Source: Thermoplasmatota archaeon (GTDB lineage Archaea > Thermoplasmatota > E2 > DHVEG-1). Taken from it: a DNA stretch of 63,040 bases. The stretch covers positions 1-63,040 of the forward strand of contig JAFGDG010000111.1 in the NCBI GenBank assembly GCA_016932245.1, written 5' to 3'. Numbering within the stretch: position 1 is the first letter of the stretch; every line of letters starts with the position of its first letter. The notes below the pieces were generated by a model, which was not told where the DNA came from, did not search any database, and saw only the letters and a program-made list of their open reading frames with translations. Position numbers and translations under genes: made by a program. Positions 24,867-34,131 of this stretch are shown here, piece by piece.

Positions 24867-26963
24867 ATGGAACCAACAAAACAACTTGGCGGGTTGCTCT
24901 TGATCGGCTTTCTAGTCACAACAGGAGTTATTTATGCAATAAGTGTGCAGCCGATTGTTACCGGGACCTTAAATTTTAAAGACTATGATGTGAAAACGTT
25001 CACCTCTTATGAAGAGCTAACAGAATTTATTTCTGGAGGTTCAGGACAATCGTTTTATTACGATAGTTGGCTTGGAAGTGCAGTTCCCAATGCAGCAATC
25101 GGAGAAAAAATTGCTATTGGTACAAGAGAAAGCGATAATACAGGAGGTTCCACAGTTGACTTTTCCGAAACCAATGTACAAGTTGCTGGTGTCGATGAGC
25201 CAGATATTGTGAAAACTGATGGAACATATCTGTACATTATTTCACAAAACAGAGTTATTATTGTCAAAGCATTTCCTGCTGAAAATGCAACGATAGAAGT
25301 AGAACTTTCTTTCAATGAATCAACCACGGTTCATAATCTGTTTATTTATGGCAACAAACTCGTGATTTTTGCCATGAGCTATAACCACCCTATCGTGTAT
25401 ACAGAGCCTGTGGTCAAGGAAGAAACCAATATCCTTGTTGAAGATGGTGAAGGAGGCGAAATTGGGATGCCTTCGCCCTGGTATTCAACCCCGATCACCT
25501 TGATTAAAGTCTACGATGTGACTGACCTACAAGAACCAGAGCTCATACGCGATATTAGCATCGGTGGTACGTATTCAGGTGCTCGTCTTATCGATAGCTA
25601 TGTGTATGCCATTGCTACCCAATATTCTTATCACTACTTCCCTCCTGAAGATGAGCCGTTTGTTCCACGATTACTAATCAATGAAGAAGCAATTGAGGTC
25701 CCCCTATCTGATATTTACTATATCGACCTTCCTGAAAAAAGCAGCACCATGACCAATATTCTTTCTATTAATCTTGAAGATGATGGCGAACCGGTCACGA
25801 CTGAAGTCTTTTTGCTTGGTGACAGTCACACCCTGTATGTCTCCCAGGACAATATTTATATAGCTTATGCAACCAGTAACTATGATAAGGAAGTATTGCA
25901 AGAAATTCTCGATAAAATTCTTGCTCCTGCTCTTCCTGATTCTTTCCAAGATGAAATTGATCGAGTTGAATCCTTAAGTTTGAATGAGTATCAAAAACAA
26001 ACCGTTATTCAATGGATTTTACAGTACTATCTTAATGAATTAAGTGAGGAACAACAACTCCAACTTTCTCAAGAGATTATAGGCCGTGTAGAGCGAACCA
26101 TCCTTCATCGTATTGCTATTTCTGATGGCGATATTACATATGAAGCACAAGGGGCAGTACCCGGCAGTCTCAATAATCAATTTTCTCTTGATGAATACGA
26201 TGGATATTTGCGTGTTGCTTCTACTACACAGGGTTGGGTCGTGCGCGGATTCCTCTCCTCAAGTTTTGAAGAACAAAACGGCATCTATGTGCTTGATATG
26301 AATCTTGATATTGTGGGGAGTATTGTTGGTCTTGCATCTGGAGAAAGTATCTATGCTTCTCGTTTTATTGGGGACAAATGCTACTTGGTTACTTTTGAAC
26401 AGGTGGATCCCTTCTTTGTCATTGATCTTACCAATCCTACCAATCCAACCGTTCTTGGGGAATTGAAGATACCTGGTTTTTCAACTTATCTTCACCCCTA
26501 TGATGACACCCATATCATTGGTATCGGACGAGATGAAAATGTTGTGAAGATTTCACTCTTTGACGTTACCGATGTTACCAGCCCTGCTGAAACAGCAAAG
26601 TATGAGATTACCAACGATGACGAGGATTGGCACTGGATGCAATCATCCGCGCTCTACGAACATAAAGCATTCCTTTTCGACCATGCAAAAAATCTTCTAG
26701 TCCTCCCTGTTGGAGATTACTCAAAACAGTCTGCGTATGTGTTTGACATTACTGTTGAAGATGGCATTTCTCTTAGAGGAATGATTACCCATGATTTTGA
26801 TAATGACGAACCTGGGGATAAGTGGTACTATTGGGGCGACTATGGCAGTTCCATTCAGCGTACACTCTATATCAATAATGTGCTCTACACCATTTCAAAC
26901 AATTTGGTCAAGATGAATGATTTGACTGATTTACACGAGATTAACAGTGTAGAATTGACATAA
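24867..26963 (+). CDS. secreted/anchored beta-propeller domain protein (Beta_propel family)
   Basis: N-terminal anchor LGGLLLIGFLVTTGVIYAI. FSETNVQVAGVDEPDIVKTDGTYLYII is the family hallmark. Start chosen at ATG 24867, downstream of the TATA CAATATATAAATC. Confidence 0.7.
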   Translation: MEPTKQLGGLLLIGFLVTTGVIYAISVQPIVTGTLNFKDYDVKTFTSYEELTEFISGGSGQSFYYDSWLGSAVPNAAIGEKIAIGTRESDNTGGSTVDFSETNVQVAGVDEPDIVKTDGTYLYIISQNRVIIVKAFPAENATIEVELSFNESTTVHNLFIYGNKLVIFAMSYNHPIVYTEPVVKEETNILVEDGEGGEIGMPSPWYSTPITLIKVYDVTDLQEPELIRDISIGGTYSGARLIDSYVYAIATQYSYHYFPPEDEPFVPRLLINEEAIEVPLSDIYYIDLPEKSSTMTNILSINLEDDGEPVTTEVFLLGDSHTLYVSQDNIYIAYATSNYDKEVLQEILDKILAPALPDSFQDEIDRVESLSLNEYQKQTVIQWILQYYLNELSEEQQLQLSQEIIGRVERTILHRIAISDGDITYEAQGAVPGSLNNQFSLDEYDGYLRVASTTQGWVVRGFLSSSFEEQNGIYVLDMNLDIVGSIVGLASGESIYASRFIGDKCYLVTFEQVDPFFVIDLTNPTNPTVLGELKIPGFSTYLHPYDDTHIIGIGRDENVVKISLFDVTDVTSPAETAKYEITNDDEDWHWMQSSALYEHKAFLFDHAKNLLVLPVGDYSKQSAYVFDITVEDGISLRGMITHDFDNDEPGDKWYYWGDYGSSIQRTLYINNVLYTISNNLVKMNDLTDLHEINSVELT

Positions 26964-27038
26964 TTTCCCTTTTTCCTATTGAGGGGGGGCTGCATCCCAT
27001 CCATCTCTTTTCTTTCCCCTCTCTCTTTTTTTCCTATG

Positions 27039-27085
27039 CACCGATAGCATTTTATAAGCTCGAGAGATACGGCTCTCACCGATAG
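27039..27085 (+). promoter_or_regulatory. lat promoter: direct repeats CACCGATAG flanking TATA box TTTTATAAG
   Basis: caccgatag occurs at 27039-27047 and 27077-27085. The TATA is at 27050-27058. Repeat 2 covers the expected TSS, ~35 nt before the ATG at 27116. Confidence 0.35.
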
Positions 27086-27115
27086 AAAAAACCTGAAAAT
27101 TGGGAGCAGATTGGC

Positions 27116-28432
27116 ATGATAATTGCACCTACCGATGTTCATGATACTCTTGGCCGATATATGCTTGTTGATGGATTTGATCTTGTTTTAGATTTGAAAA
27201 AAAGCAAGGGATGCCGTATATACGATGCAAAACACGGTACCTATTTGCTTGATGGATTTTCCTTTTTTGCCTCAGCGCCACTTGGGTGTAATCATCAAAA
27301 AATGACTACGCCAGAATTTGTCAAGAAACTAGGAGAAGTTTCGGTTAATAATCCCACTAATTCTGATATCTATACAACTGAGATGGCTGAATTTGTTGAA
27401 GCATTTGGCAACTATGCTGTGCCTAAGTGTTTTCACCACCTCTTTTTTGTCAGCGGTGGAACCCTTGCCATAGAAAATGGATTGAAAACCGCCTTTGATT
27501 GGAAGATGAGAAAAAACCTTGCTATGGGGAGCAGGAAAGAAGTCGGAACACAAGTCATCCACTTCAAAGAAGCATTCCATGGGCGCTCTGGCTATACCTT
27601 ATCACTTACCAACACCTTCAATCTCGATAAAACAAAATACTTCCCCAAATTTGATTGGCCTTGTATTACCAATCCTAAGATAACGTTTCCCTTAACACCA
27701 GAACATGAAGAGCAGGTACGCCATCTTGAAAACCAAGCATATGAAGAACTCGATCAGGCCCTTTCCAATGCTGACGATATTGCAGCACTCATCATTGAAC
27801 CCATCCAAGGCGAAGGAGGAGACAATCACTTTAGAGATGAGTTTTTCATGAAACTACGTAAGATTTGTGATGAGTATGATCTCATGTTTATCATCGATGA
27901 AATCCAATCTGGTCTTGGACTTACTGGCAAGATGTGGGCATATGAGCATTTTGATTTCAAACCAGACATTCTTGCGTTTGGTAAAAAAACACAGGTCTGT
28001 GGTATTATGGTTACCAATCGAGTAGATGAAGTCAAGGATAATGTCTTTGAAGTTTCTAGTCGCATCAATTCGACTTGGGGTGGTAATCTTACTGATATGG
28101 TTCGTTGTCAAAAGTATTTAGAAATTATTGATGAAGAACGTTTGTTGAGTAATGCTGCAGTCCAGGGAAAACGATTGCTGCAAGGTTTGGAAGATCTCGC
28201 CCAGAACTATGGCACCAAAATTACTAATGCACGGGGTTGTGGTCTTATGTGTGCTTTCGATTGCTTTTCGCCCGAGCGACGAGATTCCTTGCGTAAAAAG
28301 CTCTATGCCAATGGACTGGTTGTCCTCGGCTGTGGAAAAGAAACTATTCGATTTCGTCATCCGCTCATCGTTACTGAAGAAGAGATCGATGAAACACTGG
28401 AGATTATTGAAAAAACACTGAAGAGTTCCTAG
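27116..28432 (+). CDS. lat: L-lysine 6-aminotransferase (class III PLP aminotransferase)
   Basis: VHDTLGRYMLVDGFDLVLDLKKSKGCRIYDA...LDGFSFFASAPLGCNH resembles actinobacterial LAT. DEIQSGLGLTGKMW is the PLP Lys region. Confidence 0.8.
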   Translation: MIIAPTDVHDTLGRYMLVDGFDLVLDLKKSKGCRIYDAKHGTYLLDGFSFFASAPLGCNHQKMTTPEFVKKLGEVSVNNPTNSDIYTTEMAEFVEAFGNYAVPKCFHHLFFVSGGTLAIENGLKTAFDWKMRKNLAMGSRKEVGTQVIHFKEAFHGRSGYTLSLTNTFNLDKTKYFPKFDWPCITNPKITFPLTPEHEEQVRHLENQAYEELDQALSNADDIAALIIEPIQGEGGDNHFRDEFFMKLRKICDEYDLMFIIDEIQSGLGLTGKMWAYEHFDFKPDILAFGKKTQVCGIMVTNRVDEVKDNVFEVSSRINSTWGGNLTDMVRCQKYLEIIDEERLLSNAAVQGKRLLQGLEDLAQNYGTKITNARGCGLMCAFDCFSPERRDSLRKKLYANGLVVLGCGKETIRFRHPLIVTEEEIDETLEIIEKTLKSS

Positions 28433-30081
28433 GATATTTGTCCTCTGAGATAGTGAGCAAGTTCTCCTTTTTCTTTTCGAATCTGTTTGGTGGTATCTCT
28501 CTCTCTAATAGTGACCGTACCGTCCTTCAGAGACTCGTGATCAATGGTGATACAAAACGGCGTTCCCGCTTCGTCCATACGAGCATAGCGCCGTCCAATC
28601 GTTCCCCCATCATCATAATAGGTAGCAATGCCGGCTGCTCGTAGCTCTTCATCTATTTCTTTGGCGAGTTTGGTCAACCGGTCATCAGAAATCAGGGGAA
28701 GAACTCCTACTTTTATTGGGGCGATAACCGGGGAAAGTTTGAGGATCCGATACTCTTCTCCCTTTTTCTTCCCTTCATGATAACTCTGCTCTAAAATACA
28801 ATACAAGATACGATCAATGCCATATGATGGCTCAATAACATGAGGAACAAACTTTTCCCCTGCTTTTTTTTCTTTCACTTCGGTAATGTCATAGCAATCC
28901 TTGGGAATGTCAATCTTGTTTCCATCAAGAGTAATCGTGATTTTTTTGGTGCCTTTCGATACTTCCATTGCTTCTAAAAGTTGTTTTATTTTTCCTGCGT
29001 TTCCTTTGAATTTCGGACCCAAGACATCCATCTTGGGAATAATTTTGGTAATTGTGACGGTCTTTGGGTTGTCAAATTTTCGAAGAGCATACATATCTGT
29101 TCCTGATGCCGTAATGTGCGCATTCAGGTCATAGGCAGAACGATCTGCAATACCTACACATTCAATCCAGCCAAAACGATTGCTGTACAGTTCCGCATCC
29201 CAGCATTCTGTTGCATAGTGGGCAAGTTCATTATCGGCATGTTTTCTGAATCTGAATTTTTTAGGATCAACACCAGCAGCGAACAGAAATGCCTGCGTTA
29301 GATACATATAGTATGCAAGTGCCTGATTATTGATGAGTTTCTTGTTCACCGCTTCTTTCAATGAAACTTTCCACTCTTTGATATTGTCGAAGAGATACAG
29401 TTTGTTCTCTTGTACCTTCTTGAATAAAGGATGTGTTTTGTCTTGAGGATCAAAAAAGATTTCTGCTTCCGCCATGGAAAATTCTCGTAATCGGATCATA
29501 CCCTGGCGAGGTGATACTTCGTTTCGGTATCCTCTGCCAACTTGAATAACCCCAAAGGGTAGTTTTTCTCTGGCGTAGCGATAGAGGAAGTGAAAGTTCG
29601 TAAAAATGCCCTGTGCAGTTTCAGGACGAAGAAAAGCATCCCGGGTTTTTCCGATGCCAATGGTGGTGGAAAACATAAGGTTTACTGGATGCGCACCTTC
29701 TAATGTTGCGCCACACACAGGACATCGCACCCGATGGTTTTTTACAGACTGCTCAACTGTGGCGCCCTCCTCAACAATATCTTCCACTTTGAATGATTGC
29801 TTACAGGTGGTACAATCAACCGTCAAATCAGTGAACTCTTCAACATGCCCAGAAGCATCTAGTACCTCGTATAAAGTGATTGTTGGAGTGTGTACTTCGA
29901 TGCAGTTGTCGTTCAGCAAATAAAAGGATCGCCACAGTGTTTCAATATTATTCTTCAGCTGTGATCCTAGAGGACCATAATCATAAAACCCTGCAACCCC
30001 ACCGTAGATATCAAATGAAGGATACAGGAACCCTCTTCTCTTGGCGAGCATGATAAGTTTGTCATGAATGTCCTGAGGCAT
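28429..30081 (-). CDS. glyS: glycine--tRNA ligase, eukaryote/archaeal dimeric type
   Basis: AKRRGFLYPSFDIYGGVAGFYDYGPLG, class II motifs, a zinc-ribbon insertion (CTTCK...CPVCG) and a C-terminal anticodon-binding domain. Confidence 0.9.
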   Translation of the reverse strand: MPQDIHDKLIMLAKRRGFLYPSFDIYGGVAGFYDYGPLGSQLKNNIETLWRSFYLLNDNCIEVHTPTITLYEVLDASGHVEEFTDLTVDCTTCKQSFKVEDIVEEGATVEQSVKNHRVRCPVCGATLEGAHPVNLMFSTTIGIGKTRDAFLRPETAQGIFTNFHFLYRYAREKLPFGVIQVGRGYRNEVSPRQGMIRLREFSMAEAEIFFDPQDKTHPLFKKVQENKLYLFDNIKEWKVSLKEAVNKKLINNQALAYYMYLTQAFLFAAGVDPKKFRFRKHADNELAHYATECWDAELYSNRFGWIECVGIADRSAYDLNAHITASGTDMYALRKFDNPKTVTITKIIPKMDVLGPKFKGNAGKIKQLLEAMEVSKGTKKITITLDGNKIDIPKDCYDITEVKEKKAGEKFVPHVIEPSYGIDRILYCILEQSYHEGKKKGEEYRILKLSPVIAPIKVGVLPLISDDRLTKLAKEIDEELRAAGIATYYDDGGTIGRRYARMDEAGTPFCITIDHESLKDGTVTIRERDTTKQIRKEKGELAHYLRGQIS

Positions 30082-30132
30082 ACCGAAAATACTCCCAGTT
30101 TCTATTCTCTACTACGAATGGTGTTATACAAT

Positions 30133-30975
30133 TTAAAGCATGCAGGCCATGAGATCGATATCAGTCACCATGCCATTTAATCGGTCACTGGAATCAACGA
30201 TAGGAACATGACTGATGTCGTTTTTAATCATCTTTTCTGCAACTTCTTTGACCGATGAATTCTTGAATCCTTTGATAACATTACTGATCATGACTTCTTT
30301 GACCGGCACTGGTGGCAAACTCACTTCTGACTTGGAATGATACATTCTGACTGTGTCTCGGATACCTTCCCAGGTCCACTGGTCTTCGTCAGAACCCATG
30401 CCCATGTCAGATCTTTCAATGCCCTCACGAATGTGACTTAATTTAAACAAATCTCCATCACTAACAATACCGCAAAGCCGCAATTGATCGTTAATCACAG
30501 GTAGTGCGTTTTCGTGGGTAATGTTAATAATCTCCATCACCACGTTGATTGGGGTATCCTGGTACACAGGCACTGCTAAATTGGTAGTGTAAGGATATAT
30601 GCCATCTCCACTTTGGCTCAATATTACTTTTTTTAAAATATCTGTGGGGCTAATAATGCCTACAAGGTGTTTCCGTTTGTTAATAACCGGAAGCCCATGA
30701 ATTCGATTCTGGAATAAGAGTTTTGCCGCATCTTTGACATTTTGGTCCTTGTCGACCACATGAACATCGGTGCTCATGATGAGGGCAAGTTGCTCTTCGT
30801 CAAAATTTCGGAAAATATCTGTTCTGGTGATGACTCCAACAACACTTTTGGTGTCTTTTTTCAATACGGGCATGCCTGAGACATTATGTTTTGCAAGAAT
30901 ACTTAAGGCATCTTTTACATTTCCTGGAACATACCCCACAATTAACTCTTTTGACATCGCATCTTCGACTTTCAT
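30133..30975 (-). CDS. CBS-domain protein (four CBS repeats)
   Basis: Four repeats of the VxDxMSxxLxxV...A...M....VSGMPVxxK type. Start set to ATG 30975, one nt after the upstream stop. The track start at 31077 overlaps the amidohydrolase gene. Confidence 0.75.
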   Translation of the reverse strand: MKVEDAMSKELIVGYVPGNVKDALSILAKHNVSGMPVLKKDTKSVVGVITRTDIFRNFDEEQLALIMSTDVHVVDKDQNVKDAAKLLFQNRIHGLPVINKRKHLVGIISPTDILKKVILSQSGDGIYPYTTNLAVPVYQDTPINVVMEIINITHENALPVINDQLRLCGIVSDGDLFKLSHIREGIERSDMGMGSDEDQWTWEGIRDTVRMYHSKSEVSLPPVPVKEVMISNVIKGFKNSSVKEVAEKMIKNDISHVPIVDSSDRLNGMVTDIDLMACML

Positions 30976-30976
30976 T

Positions 30977-32002
30977 TCATCCCTCTTTATACACCATTGA
31001 TACATATAACGGTTGCAACGACTCCCTATCCAGCACAACAAAATTTGCTGGGGAACCCGGACCAAGAATGTGGTCATCCCAATTTAAAACTTTCCTTGGA
31101 GTGTAGGTAATCATCATCAATAATTCCTCAAGAGAAAAGAGTGTTTCTTTTCTCATCACATACTTAACCTCGTCGACAACATTTGGTGAAGCAATCATCG
31201 CGTTATCAGTACCTAGCATGAGGCTTACCCCCACTCGTTTCATAAGGCCAAGCGGTGGTTGTAGCCCATAAAATGCATTAGATCGCGGACAGACAACAAT
31301 GGGAATACCGGCTTCTCTGACTTTGATAAAATCCGATTTTGTTGCATGAATCATATGGATGAGTATGTCCGGCTCTAGGCCAAGAATGCGGTCAATATCT
31401 TCTCTGACCCGTTCGCTGGCATGCAGTGCAAACAGCTTGTTTCGTTTTTTGGTATGGCGAGCAACTTTTGCTAACTCGTCATAGTCCCAATCCGAAAGAC
31501 TACTGACGCCTATTCCCTGAGCAGGTGCTACTAAGAGATTCATTTCAGCAGCATCATAGGTAAGTGTAGCCGGCCGTGCAAATATACAACAGGAGATGCC
31601 TCCTACCCTCAGCGCACGTTGTAGTTGATGAATGCCAGCTATTCCCTCCTCTCGAAAATCACAAAAAAGCATCGTCCCACTATTTTTCATAAGGTTGAGA
31701 GAACGTGCCATTCCCATGATGATATCATCATCGCTAGCCTCTCTGAGCAATTGATGTTTGAGGCCATGAGGGGGTGCAACAAGTTGTTCTACATCCTTAG
31801 GAAGATCAATATTCTTTGTGGCAATAAAGGAATCACCAATATGGGTGTGTGCGTTAATGACAAGAGGAACAATTAATCCTTTACACTGTGGTTTTTTGGG
31901 GGGATTGCCCGCTCCGATTTCAACGATTTTATTGCACTCAAAGCCAATATACCCCCCACTAAAACCGTCTTTTGAAAGAATGTCCCCTAAAACGTAATCC
32001 AT
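30977..32002 (-). CDS. metal-dependent amidohydrolase (chlorohydrolase/deaminase-like)
   Basis: VINAHTHIGDS (HxH), FALHASE, MIHAT and LGTDNAM metal-ligand-like motifs. Confidence 0.6.
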   Translation of the reverse strand: MDYVLGDILSKDGFSGGYIGFECNKIVEIGAGNPPKKPQCKGLIVPLVINAHTHIGDSFIATKNIDLPKDVEQLVAPPHGLKHQLLREASDDDIIMGMARSLNLMKNSGTMLFCDFREEGIAGIHQLQRALRVGGISCCIFARPATLTYDAAEMNLLVAPAQGIGVSSLSDWDYDELAKVARHTKKRNKLFALHASERVREDIDRILGLEPDILIHMIHATKSDFIKVREAGIPIVVCPRSNAFYGLQPPLGLMKRVGVSLMLGTDNAMIASPNVVDEVKYVMRKETLFSLEELLMMITYTPRKVLNWDDHILGPGSPANFVVLDRESLQPLYVSMVYKEG

Positions 32003-32039
32003 GGAAATTATGTAAATGCTGATGATGTTTAAATCTTAT

Positions 32040-32711
32040 TCACTTCTTTTTCAGTGTTTTCACCCATTCATACACAGGTTCAACAAGTTGTTGTATCCTC
32101 TCCTTTTCTCCATTCATTGGCGAGGGTTCCCACCCATCAGCTGGCTCAAAATGAAAATCAGTAACAGCTCCCGTTCGTTCCTCTTTTGGCTTAAATACTA
32201 CTTTTAAAGGCATACCAAATTCTACGTCCCAGGGATCAATCCCGTGAAGCTCATTGGCGATTGCGACTTTACTGTCTCCAATCACCGCGTACACAAGAAT
32301 AATGGGAAGCCGTTTCAGAGAAGATCGTCCACTCCATCCAGCAATAGTCCAGGTATGCACTTTTGCCGTGAGAGGCATTTCAATCCATTCTGTTTTTTCA
32401 AGATCACAATCAAGATTCCAACAGTGCGTTCGTATGGGTACCCACGTATCGCCGCATTTGGGGCACCGTGTCCCTAGAATTTTCCCTTCAAGTAAACCTT
32501 TGAAAAATTTACTATTCCATCCATGTCTGATGGTATATAGTTGATCGTAATGGAGGAATTGGTTCATCGCGTTGCCATCCTCGGAAATTTCATGTCCTAT
32601 AAAGGAAAGCCCTGTCTCTTTTACGTCTTCAGGTCGATAGTCTTTTCTTTTGGTAAAATTGGGAGCATCAGCAAATTTTTTCTTCTTTTTAACAGATACT
32701 GTTTCAGCCAT
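32040..32711 (-). CDS. DUF35 OB-fold / zinc-ribbon protein (extended, 223 aa)
   Basis: Zinc ribbon CPKCGDTWVPIRTHCWNLDC followed by an OB-fold segment. The start shares one base with the thiolase-like stop (TAATG at 32709-32713). Confidence 0.7.
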   Translation of the reverse strand: MAETVSVKKKKKFADAPNFTKRKDYRPEDVKETGLSFIGHEISEDGNAMNQFLHYDQLYTIRHGWNSKFFKGLLEGKILGTRCPKCGDTWVPIRTHCWNLDCDLEKTEWIEMPLTAKVHTWTIAGWSGRSSLKRLPIILVYAVIGDSKVAIANELHGIDPWDVEFGMPLKVVFKPKEERTGAVTDFHFEPADGWEPSPMNGEKERIQQLVEPVYEWVKTLKKK

Positions 32712-33964
32712 TAGTTTCCCCTCCTCAGAATAAAATTAGAAATACTTGTGCCTGTTCCAGCGTGACTATTCACAATGCCACATTGTGCATCAGGAACTTC
32801 TGTTTTTGAGCTGAGATGCTTTTTTGGAATTAATCCAGCAAGTTGGTAATAGCATTCAATAGTACTCATAATGCCTGTTGCACCAACAGGATGACCATAT
32901 CCCATCAGACCACCGCCGGGATTCATGGGCAGTTCTCCATGCATATGTGTCTGTTCATCACGTAAAAATTGGGCAATGGTATTTTCATCTGCAAGATCTA
33001 ATGCTTTATAGATTTGCGCTTCGGATGTGGAAAATGCATCATGGATTTCACCAACATCAATTTCTTTCAAAGGATTTTCAACTCCAGCCATTTTATATGC
33101 TCGTTCTGCTGAATTTCGACAGGCACCAAATTCAGTCATTTCAGGATAGCCTTCTCCATATCGTTCTGTCCAACCAGGAAAATTCAACCGATCGCCTGCA
33201 CGGATCGTGCAACTTGAAAGCCCAATTCCATCGACAGTCACATAATGGTCTGGATTAACCTTCTTTGCATATTCTTCACTGCAAACCAACGTGAACGCAA
33301 CACCGCGCGACATCAGACAACAATCATATTTTTTAATAGGATAGGAAATCAACCGAGAATTCATCACATCATCTACTGTAATGTGCTTATGTTCATTACG
33401 GTACCACTGGGCTTTAGGGTTATCCATTGCATGGTTACGGTTTTTTGCTCCAATCGAGGCAACATCCTCTTCAGTAACCTTGTTGTCTTTCATCCATTTG
33501 TTCGCCATCGCCGCGTAATATATTGGATAAATGCCACCAACAAGCAGTTCGTATCTGATATCTGATGCAAGCGCGATAAATTCACTTCCCTGCGACTGAG
33601 AAACTGAATCCATCGTTTCCCATCCCACGATACCAACAACATCATGATGACCAGACATCACGGCAAGAGCTGCCGCATATAATGCCGATCCGCCTGTGTT
33701 TCCACCATTTTCAACACGATAATGAGGAACGCCAACCAATCCAAGATGGTCGTGAATAATCCATTCCGAACACAGTTGATGGCCAAAGTGGACAGAAAAA
33801 TGGGAATATATCATTAAATCAAGGTCTCTCATAGTAAATTCAGGAATATCTTTTTGTGTTTCCTTGATACATTCTGCTGCTCCACCCTCAATACTCTCAA
33901 AGCCTGTTGGTCCATAATCAAACGGAGTGGTTGCCCCCCCTACAATACATACCTTTCTTGTCAT
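32711..33964 (-). CDS. thiolase-fold (SCP-x/Ltp-type) protein apparently lacking the nucleophilic Cys
   Basis: VCIVGGATTPF and GHPVGATG motifs are present. Where C-[AS]-[ST]-G is expected, the sequence is ENGGNTGGSALYAAALAVMSG (Gly codon 33701-33703). Confidence 0.7.
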   Translation of the reverse strand: MTRKVCIVGGATTPFDYGPTGFESIEGGAAECIKETQKDIPEFTMRDLDLMIYSHFSVHFGHQLCSEWIIHDHLGLVGVPHYRVENGGNTGGSALYAAALAVMSGHHDVVGIVGWETMDSVSQSQGSEFIALASDIRYELLVGGIYPIYYAAMANKWMKDNKVTEEDVASIGAKNRNHAMDNPKAQWYRNEHKHITVDDVMNSRLISYPIKKYDCCLMSRGVAFTLVCSEEYAKKVNPDHYVTVDGIGLSSCTIRAGDRLNFPGWTERYGEGYPEMTEFGACRNSAERAYKMAGVENPLKEIDVGEIHDAFSTSEAQIYKALDLADENTIAQFLRDEQTHMHGELPMNPGGGLMGYGHPVGATGIMSTIECYYQLAGLIPKKHLSSKTEVPDAQCGIVNSHAGTGTSISNFILRRGN

Positions 33965-34063
33965 CTGTCTATCTCCTCTTCGGCATGAGACGAAAATTAA
34001 TGCAATAGCCCCCCCGTCTCACTTATAGAGGTAATGCAGAATGAGTTGAAAAATGTTGTCGTT

Positions 34064-34131
34064 TATTGCCGTATCACCTAAATATCATTATTTTTATAAA
34101 TCCAGGGCATGCTGATATGCTATTGCCGTAT
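34064..34131 (-). promoter_or_regulatory. promoter of thiolase-like/DUF35 operon: 11-bp direct repeats ATACGGCAATA flanking TATA TTTATAAAAATAA
   Basis: tattgccgtat occurs at 34064-34074 and 34121-34131 (plus strand). The TATA is at 34088-34100. Confidence 0.35.

Noticed and set aside
30976-31077. The 34-aa N-terminal extension of the CBS-domain ORF.
   Set aside because: It overlaps the 3' end of the amidohydrolase gene. The ATG at 30975 directly follows that gene's stop and begins the first CBS repeat.
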